DNA of 64,000 nucleotides from Plasmodiophora brassicae (Eukaryota): NCBI GenBank assembly GCA_036867785.1, contig CP145409.1, positions 868,001 to 932,000 of the forward strand, read 5' to 3'. Shown piece by piece: positions 56,077 to 64,000 of this stretch (position 1 is its first letter; each line of letters starts with the position of its first letter). The notes under the pieces were generated by a model. It saw only the letters and a program-made list of their open reading frames with translations, ran no database searches and was not told where the DNA came from. The position numbers and the translations under genes were made by a program.

Positions 56077-56662
56077 TAATTATCCCACAGGGCTGAACCG
56101 TCATAGATTTTGGTTGCCGGGGTAGGGATCGTATCTTCTGTCGTATGTACTCCGTAGTCGACCCACCACTCACTGTCTCGTGTCGCACCGTCGCAGCCCA
56201 CGCTGTCCTCACACGCGCAACGCCATCGATTCGCAGGCCGCAACGCAACAGCCATAATGGATTCGCATCAGGTATCGTCTGGGGACACCCTGGCGCTTCG
56301 GTCTTCCCCCCACGATTGGCAAGACCTGGTATACGTACAATACAACGTCGGATGCCAAGTTCTTTGTGCAAAGCCGCTTGTGATGCGCATCGGTTCAGTC
56401 TATGGCGTTGGGCAGATCAACAAACAGGACGGCTTCATGAACTAACGTTTAGAAGAGCACTGGGGATTGGAGGCGTATCGACTCGTGGACCGGGCCGGGT
56501 CAGGAGGCAGTCGCTAAATTTATCAAGGGACGTAACGTTGTGCCACGCTCGTCGTCAGACAAAACGCCTTCCGCAAGGCCTGACGCGTTGCGGGCTTGCG
56601 ACGACCCGACCGTCTCCACCTGACGGCTGCACGCCACTGCTGCGAACCGCGATCAGCCAACG

Positions 56663-59600
56663 ATGATGCGCGCCATGCGTCATGGGCGGCGCCCTCTGGC
56701 GATGTGCCGGGCCAGGCGCCTGCAATCGTCCGGCGAGATATGGCGCGGGGCGAACGCCGCCTACATGGATGCCATGTTTGAGCGGTGGCGTTCGGATCCG
56801 AAATCGGTCCACGCTTCCTGGGATGCATACTTCCGCTCTGGGCAGTTCACAACGCCGCCGGCTGCTGGATCAGGTGTGTCGTGTATGTCGGAGGCTCGCC
56901 AACCAGGCTGACGCAGTCGGCTAGGCGCTCAGGTATCGTCTTCCCTGGGTACAGACCCATCCGTGAGCACCCTGTCCAACAAGGTAACGCAACTGATTCG
57001 CGCGTACCAAGTCAGGGGTCATTATGCTGCTGATCTCGGTGAGGACGGATGGGCAACGATGTTCGCTGCGGGCTGCTCTGAATAATTTCGATGCAGACCC
57101 CCTCGGCATCACTCGCCATGGCATCGACCGCCAGTTTATTGCGGAAGACGAATTTTCACTGAGCAAATTCGGGCTGTCGGAAGCAGATCTTGACCGCACT
57201 GTCAATATCGGCCTGCCTGGGACGAAGGGCTTCCAGGACCCATCTCGTTCACCGATTACTCTGCGGGCTCTTATTGAGCAGCTGAAGCAGACGTACACCA
57301 GGCACATTGGTGTGGAGTACATGCATATCCCGGACCGAGGTATCAAGATCGCACTCACAGCATTTCCCCGGCGCACACAATGACTGTTGGGAACAGACCA
57401 ATGCAACTGGATCCGCGATCAAATTGAGACAGCGGAGCCATTCTCCTTCGCGAAAGAGGGCTGCGGTCGTATCCTCGATCGACTGACGTGGGCGGATCAC
57501 TTTGAGCGATTCCTCGCGCAAAAGTGGTCAACCGCGAAACGATTCGGCCTGGAGGGCGCCGAAGCAGTCATTCCGGGCATGAAACAGTTGATCGACCACG
57601 CCGCATCAATCGGTTGGCATTGTTGAATGCATTCGGTAATGCGTTTGCGTCCCGGGGTTGACACCTTCGCACACAGGCGTTAAGGAAGTCGTGCTTGGCA
57701 TGCCCCACCGTGGCCGTCTTAATGTGCTCGCCAACGTTGTTCGGAAGCCCCTGCAGGATATCTTCACGGAATTCTCTGGTGGCGGTGACACGTCCGAATT
57801 CGAAGGTTCGAGGTCCCCGTCATGCCATGTATGGTGGGCTTAACGATTACGTATAGGAAGTGGCGACGTTAAGTACCACCTGGGGATGTCATTTAATCGT
57901 CCTGTTTATGGTGGTGGCAACGTTCACTTGAGTCTGTTGGCGAACCCGTCGCATCTCGAAGCCGTCAATCCAGTGGTGCTTGGGAAGTCTCGTGCCAAAC
58001 AGTTCTACAAGTACGATCTAGGTATACAATTAGTTGCAGGTTCTGTTTGCGGCCACTAATTTCAAATGCAGACCACTCCCGTGTATTGCCGTTGCTGCTC
58101 CATGGCGACGCAGCGTTCTCTGGCCAGGGAGTCGTCTACGAGACGATGGGCCTGAACGACCTACCCAGCTACACCGTCGGCGGCACTGTCCACATCATTG
58201 TCAACAACCAGATTGGGTTTACAACCGACCCCTTCAAGTAAGTCCCAGCGTTTTCTTTCCGTGGTCTCGTTTGTCGAACGTTGCTGCCCCAGGTCGCGCT
58301 CTTCCGCTTATTGCAGCGATATCGCGAAAGCCTTCAATGCTCCAGTTTTTCACGTGAACGGAAATGATCCTGAGTCTGTTGTTCGGGTCCACCACTTGGC
58401 AGCGGCATGGCGGCAACAGTAACATTTGCGCACTGTCATAATTGAGGTCGGAAACGAAATTGCTCTTAGGTTCGGCGCCGATGTCGTTATCGACCTCGTC
58501 TGCTACCGTAAATTCGGGCACAATGAGATCGATGAACCGATGTTCACTCAGGTTTGTGCCTATTCTGCTGCGTTGCACTGTAGCTAATCTCGGTTTGCCA
58601 GCCATTAATGTATCGCAAGATCGCCAAGATGCCATCTGTTCTCGACCTGTACCGCAAGAAGCTTGCAGACGAAAATATCATTTCTGCCGACGAGGCGAAT
58701 GAGGTCATTCCTCGATTGTCCCGGTTTCCGGTGCCATCCTGTAACCGCCCTGTAGATCTCAAACAAAGCTACTGCTCTAATCGAATCGGCATTCGGGGAC
58801 TCCCGTGAAAAGAGGGTGGTATCTACCGACTGGCTGTCGACAAACTGGGAGGGCCTCAAAGCTCCCTCCCAGCACTCGCTGCGGAAGATGACTGGCGTTG
58901 ACCAAGGCACTTTACTGTCGATCGGGGAAAAGTCGGACACCGTTCGCCTATCGTTGTTGGCCTGTTCTAATATCTGTACGGGTATCAGGTTGTGCACGAC
59001 GCCCGAAGGATTCAATGTGCACCGTCGGCTTGCGAACATCCTGAAGAACAAAGAATCGATGTTTGAATCACAGGCCAGCTTCGATTGGGGGACAGCAGAA
59101 GCACTTGCGTTCGGCTCGCTGCTGCTGGAGAAGATTCACGTTCGTCTGAGCGGGCAAGATGTCGAACGTGGCACATTCTCGCATCGGCATGCCGTTCTGC
59201 ATGACCAAGTCCTGGGCAACACTGATCCCTACGTTCCGCTTTCGCAACTCTCCAGCGACCAGGCGAAGTTCACTGTCTCGAACTCGAACCTGAGCGAATT
59301 CGGTGTTCTTGGATTCGAGCTTGGCTACTCCCTGGAGAACCCGCACGCCCTCATTCTATGGGAAGCCCAGTTCGGCGACTTCGCCAATGGTGCTCAGGTC
59401 ATCTTCGACCAGTTCATTTCGTGTGGGGAGGCCAAGTGGTTGCGCCAGTCTGGCATTGTTGTCCTGCTACCGCACGGGTACGAGGGTCAAGGCCCGGAAC
59501 ATAGCTCGGCGCGCCTCGAACGGTTCCTGCAAATGTGCTCCGAAGACGAAGACACGATTCCGCTCATGGCGGAAAACGTCAGCACCCAGGTCCAGAAATC

Positions 59601-60234
59601 AAACTGGCAGGTCGTTATGCCATCGACCCCTGCCAACTACTTCCACGTCCTTCGCCGGCAGGTGCACAGGCAGTTCAGGAAGCCCCTCATTGTCATGAAT
59701 CCGAAATCGCTGTTGCGGCACAAGCTGGCCGTGTCCACGCTTCAGGACATGGCTGGAGAGTCCCGGTTCCTTCGGGTGATCCCGGAGTCACGCCCCGAGA
59801 TTGTGAACAACGCCAGCGACGTCAAGAAACTGGTGTTCTGCAGTGGGAAAGTCTACTACGACTTGCTCGAGCATGCCGGCGACAAGCACAACGATGTTGC
59901 TCTTTGCCGCGTTGAGCAGTTGTCTCCGTTCCCGTTCGACAGGGTCGCTGAAGAAGCCGAACGCTATCCCAACGCGGAAATCGTCTGGGCACAGGAGGAA
60001 CCCAAGAACATGGGCGCCTACACGTACGTCAAGTCGCGTCTCCTGACCGCTCTTAGCAGCAGCCGCGATCTTCACAACATTGTACGTTGGTCGGAATCCG
60101 AACGTTGATGACGAATCTGAATTGGCCTCCTCTAGCAATACGTTGGTCGGCCGCCGTCTGCATCTCCGGCCACCGGTTTCGCAAGCGTCCACAAGAAGGA
60201 GTTTGAAGACATCATGCACGGCGTGTTCGGGTGA
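56663..60234 (+). CDS. OGDH: 2-oxoglutarate dehydrogenase E1 component, mitochondrial (multi-exon)
   Basis: [119 protein letters not shown] and QEEPKNMG. Confidence 0.97.
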
Positions 60235-60412
60235 TCAGACGTCCATTCTCGATACAAAATGTATCGTGGTTGTATCCCTAAACGATTGGCTGCGGGCCGT
60301 CAGGTTCAATCAGGCACCTTCGTGGCAGTACGCGCGCGTGACACTCGGTGTATGCAAACGGGGCCCGTTGCCCCGGTGGTGATATCGCATTCGGTTTAAG
60401 CATGGTCGATGA

Positions 60413-61903
60413 TCAGGCAGCCGTTGCAGATTCGGGTACGTCAACGAGTGCCCTCGCTGACACCGCTGCCCCCGGCGGCCCATCACACAGACCCGCCCCG
60501 GTCGTCTTCGGTAATGGAACGGCAGGGAACGCGGGACTCGCCAGGTGCGACCCGGTCTCAATCGTCGAACCCCTGCTCACATCTTCGACCACCTCCGTCG
60601 TCGAGACCTCTCCGCTGAGCTGGGCCGACACCTCCACGACCCGCTCCAACGCAATGGGCCCCGCTGTCGTATTCTTGTGCCCCGACGCGTGCGGCCCCGA
60701 CACGACCCGTATCACGGTCTGGACCGCCCTGTTGGCAGTGGACGCCCAGGATACGCCGACGAACAGCGGCAGGTAGATGAGGTCGCCCGGGTGCAGGCTC
60801 CATGCGCTCCACATGTGTGCCAAGGACCCGGCGACCTCCCAGATGGCCAGTGCGCCGAGCGCTTCCGCGACGGGCCACCCGGGGCCGTTCACAACGGCCA
60901 GCGTCCCGACCAGGCCCAACGCGTAGCAGACCAGGATCGGGTCGAACCAGGACACCATGTCCATCAGGGCCAGGACGGGGTGCCGCCTCCATACCGACGC
61001 GCCCGTCAGCAACGTCGCCATTCTGGTGCCGGCACTCGGCTTCGGGACCGGGTCCAGGATCCTGGCCCATGCCCTCGGGCACCGGATCGAGCAGGCCGCC
61101 TGCGTCGACCGCTGGAACGCGAAATCCCAGTGCCGCTCCATGGTCCACCTCCACAGGAACGCCGGGAACGACGTCGTCGATCGCTGCCAGGCGTACTGGA
61201 ACACGCTGTCCTGGACCAGGGCGCTGCGAAGCAGGATCGCGGGCGCCAACGCCGCCACCGCTCCACTGAGCTCGTTCGACGCCGCCGCCGACCTGTTGTG
61301 CATCGCCAGGCGCATGTCGACGACGACCTCCCGGAGCGACAGGCGTTGCTGGCGTTCGGGCCACAGGTCCACGCTGGGCGATACGACGCCGACGCGCGGG
61401 TTGTCGAACGGCGCCAGCGACCAGGAGACGAACGCGTGGCCCCAGAGCGCCCCATGCGATACGAGCGCCACGATGGGCGTGCAGACCAGGTTACACGCCA
61501 GGGTCACCGCCGTGTGACGCTGGCTGGCGTCGGTCATCAGGACGTGGCACCGGTCGGGTACCAGGCGCTCAACGGTGTCCTTGACGAACGCGGCCCTGGG
61601 GTGCGATTCGCCGACGGCGACAATGACGCGCTGTGGAGCGTTCGACGCCCATGAACGGACGACGATAGGGAAGTCGACGGTGTCGACGACGTCATCGTCA
61701 TCGACGACGCAGACGACGGTGACGTCGCCGGTGAAGAAGGTGGTCCCATCCGTCCGCGGGACGACGGGTTCGTACAGGATCGACCAGATCGTATCGACCA
61801 GGTAGAACAGGACGCGGTAGAACGCGACGACGGCCACGGGCAGGAAGTACCAGGCGTGGTCGCCCACGATCGCCGCCGTCGTTATCGACAGCCAGTGCGC
61901 CAT
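60413..61903 (-). CDS. Degenerate GT2 membrane glycosyltransferase-like protein (Cps1/polysaccharide-synthase-like)
   Basis: DVTVVC..SW..N.P..VIV..V.TPIV....W....LAPFDNPRVG...R..L..D..F..RW...HW....Q follows the Cps1-type layout, with N- and C-terminal TM segments. The DxD, catalytic D and QxxRW motifs are not recognisable. Confidence 0.7.
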   Translation of the reverse strand: MAHWLSITTAAIVGDHAWYFLPVAVVAFYRVLFYLVDTIWSILYEPVVPRTDGTTFFTGDVTVVCVVDDDDVVDTVDFPIVVRSWASNAPQRVIVAVGESHPRAAFVKDTVERLVPDRCHVLMTDASQRHTAVTLACNLVCTPIVALVSHGALWGHAFVSWSLAPFDNPRVGVVSPSVDLWPERQQRLSLREVVVDMRLAMHNRSAAASNELSGAVAALAPAILLRSALVQDSVFQYAWQRSTTSFPAFLWRWTMERHWDFAFQRSTQAACSIRCPRAWARILDPVPKPSAGTRMATLLTGASVWRRHPVLALMDMVSWFDPILVCYALGLVGTLAVVNGPGWPVAEALGALAIWEVAGSLAHMWSAWSLHPGDLIYLPLFVGVSWASTANRAVQTVIRVVSGPHASGHKNTTAGPIALERVVEVSAQLSGEVSTTEVVEDVSRGSTIETGSHLASPAFPAVPLPKTTGAGLCDGPPGAAVSARALVDVPESATAA

Positions 61904-62043
61904 CTCAGTAAGACGCAAATCTGGCGCTGGGTCGCCGACCAGATTCCACCGATCGTCGGGGCCGCCGTGTGACTCACGACCTTGTCGGCGCGTGACTCCT
62001 CCATGGGAGGTGCAATTGCATGTGTGTATATGTATGCAACGGT

Positions 62044-62801
62044 TCAGAGGTCCCTGGTCTCATCGTCCAGTTCGGCTAGGGCGAAGGTGGTCGTGTCGCG
62101 TTCGACGTTCACGCTGCGCCTGTTGGCGTTCGGCCTGGTCGGCAGGTAGGCGGCGCTGCCAAAGTTGACGGGCGTCCGGGACCCGGACCCGAGCGTCAGG
62201 TTGTTCGCCGTGTTCAGGCTACGCGGCAGGTACGAGTCGAAGTTGCCGGACGACATGGTGAACCCGGGGTAGGCGGCGTTGAACTGGTACTCGGTGCCGA
62301 TCGCCGCCGCCGGCTGCTCGGCGATCTGCAGCTGGGGCATCGGCCCCTGGACCTGGTGCTTGATGTCCCAGGCGGCCTCGATGTGGTCCTCGTGCGCCCT
62401 GCTGCGATACCGAAGCAGGCGGCGCAGGGGTGACGGCACCCACCGGAAATGGTACATGACGCCGACGACGAGAATGACGAGGCCGCCGACGACGACGATC
62501 ACGATGACCGTGCGGGTGATCGTGGGCACGTCGGCGGCCGCCCCCGACTCCAGCGGCGCCAGGCGGCGCGTCGTGGAGCGACACGACCCGGCCTGGTACG
62601 ACGAGGTCGGCGAGCATTTCGCGACCGTGATGACCGTGAATTGCATCGCCGACGCCGACGACGTCAGGGCGCCGGCGCGCAGGCGCGTGTTCAGGGCGCT
62701 GTTCGGGTCGGGAGCCTGCCGGGCGAGCGCCGACACGACGGCCGCGATCGGCGTGTCGCCCGGCGACGTGGGCGGCAGGATCCAGAACGACGCGTTCACG
62801 T

Positions 62802-62839
<38 letters not shown>

Positions 62840-64000
62840 AGCGTCACGTGGACGATGCGAGCGCTGTCCAGGATCGGGATGCTCGGGCAGAACGCTGCGA
62901 TGACGTCCCGCGCGACGATCTCGTCGGCGTCCTCCGGCAGGTCGGCCGCGGTCACCGACAGCGACATGCTGACGTCGACGGCGTCGACAACGACCGGAGC
63001 GCCGCTGCGCGTCGACGTCATCGTCGTCGGGGCCCTGGTCGTCGGCAACAAATGCTGCGGTGCGCTCCTTGTCGACGCTCGTCGCTGCGTCGACGGGCGC
63101 CGCGATGTCGGGTTTCGGTTACCGGTCGCCCGCCGTGAGGAGCGATTCGCTGATGGAACCGACGTTCGTCTGACGGCGGTGGCCTTCGACGCTGACGCCT
63201 GCCTCGTCGTGGGTGCAACGCTCGACGGGTGTCGGGCTGAAGGACGTCGCGTTGTCGGACGACGCGACGCCGGTTGGCGCCGCGTGGTAGGACCTCGTGA
63301 GGTTGGCTTCCGCGTCGGTCGCCTCGTTGTCGTCGACTTCCCTGGGCGCCGTGTGCCCGTCGACGACAGCCTCGTTGCCAGGCGCCTGGACGATGGGCGC
63401 CGCGTTGAGTGACGACGTGGCGTGGCGGTCGACCGTCGGCTGGTCGTCGGGAGCGCTGCGGTCGGGTGTCTCGTCGTCGGACGACGGCGTGTTGATGGGC
63501 GCCTCGAGGACGGGCGCTTCGTGGTCGCGTGCCGGGTCGCTGTGGATCGACGCTTTGTCGGTGGACGTCCCGTTGTCGGCCCCTTCGACGATGGGCGCCT
63601 GGTTGTCCGATGCCCCGTCGATCGACGTCTCGACGACGACGGCGGCTTCTTCGCGGAAGGCCGTCTGGTTGTCGAACGGCCCGTCGTGGGCGTCCTGGTC
63701 GACCGACGCTTCGTCGTCGGCCGTCGCGTTGTTGAGCGATGCGTTGTGGGCCTCCTCGTTGACGAACGTCGTGTTGACTGTCGCCTCGTCGTGGGCCTCC
63801 TACCAGTTGTCTTGTGCCTCGTCGAGGGCAGCCTCGTTGTCTGTGGCCGTGTCGTCCGACGATGGGTGGTCGTCGGTCGCCTGGTCGAGTGGTGTCGTGT
63901 CGACGGTCGCCTCGTCGATGGCTTCCTAGTTGTCGGCCGCCTCGTCGTGCCTGACCGTGTCGTCCGCCTCCTTGTCGACGAGCGACGTGCTGTTGGCACC
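62044..64000 (-). CDS. Type I membrane mucin-like protein with a highly basic (S/T)TRRP repeat region; 5' end lies outside the window
   Basis: More than 300 aa of TTRRP/STRRP repeats, a globular (SEA-like?) segment, TM VIVIVVVGGLVILVVGVMY and a cytosolic tail. The ORF is open to the window edge. Confidence 0.75.
62804..62839 (+). repeat. (GAC)12 microsatellite encoding poly-Ser on the minus strand
   Basis: Perfect gacgacgac... run inside the mucin-like CDS. Confidence 0.9.

Noticed and set aside
60545-63412. Long plus-strand ORFs (369 aa, 377 aa) opposite the GT2-like and mucin-like genes
   Set aside because: Antisense shadows of GC-rich, low-complexity CDSs.
63200-64000. Repetitive gtcg-rich DNA resembling an array
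   Set aside because: Degenerate coding repeats (TTRRP) without constant repeats and unique spacers; not a CRISPR array.

Overview
Gene-dense eukaryotic nuclear DNA: about 40 protein-coding genes in 64 kb, GC-rich coding sequence, many short (~45-75 nt) GT-AG introns and very short intergenic spacers. A chitin synthase together with flagellar genes (IFT74, enkurin) and this compact architecture suggests a zoosporic, chitin-walled protist such as a phytomyxid (Plasmodiophora-like). That assignment is inference only. Housekeeping genes recognised: RPS20, MRPL47, OGDH E1, COG3, VPS28, RRP42, RGP1, ARL1-like GTPase, gamma-SNAP, a syntaxin, SurE, an OTU deubiquitinase, a NIPA transporter, PAP2, HSP20 and a PPR protein. 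Most notable observations: (1) a full-length Sola1-type DNA transposon (42112-44583) with an ATTT target-site duplication, eroded 39-bp TIRs and an intact transposase, inserted between two divergent genes; (2) an intronless signal peptide + F-box + ankyrin-like protein, a candidate host-ubiquitin-hijacking effector; (3) a membrane-anchored CE4 chitin-deacetylase-like protein with degenerate catalytic motifs, tail-to-tail with a chitin synthase, plus a degenerate Cps1-like GT2; (4) a QxxHH-box elongase; (5) a decayed tandem copy of an epoxide hydrolase; (6) unusual fusions (2x MAPR + ankyrin, BSD + Gfo/Idh/MocA, 2x telobox Myb) and intronless genes from mainly bacterial families (YbjN-like, DUF3293). 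Boundaries of multi-exon genes were read by eye and are approximate. No rRNA, tRNA or CRISPR array was recognised.
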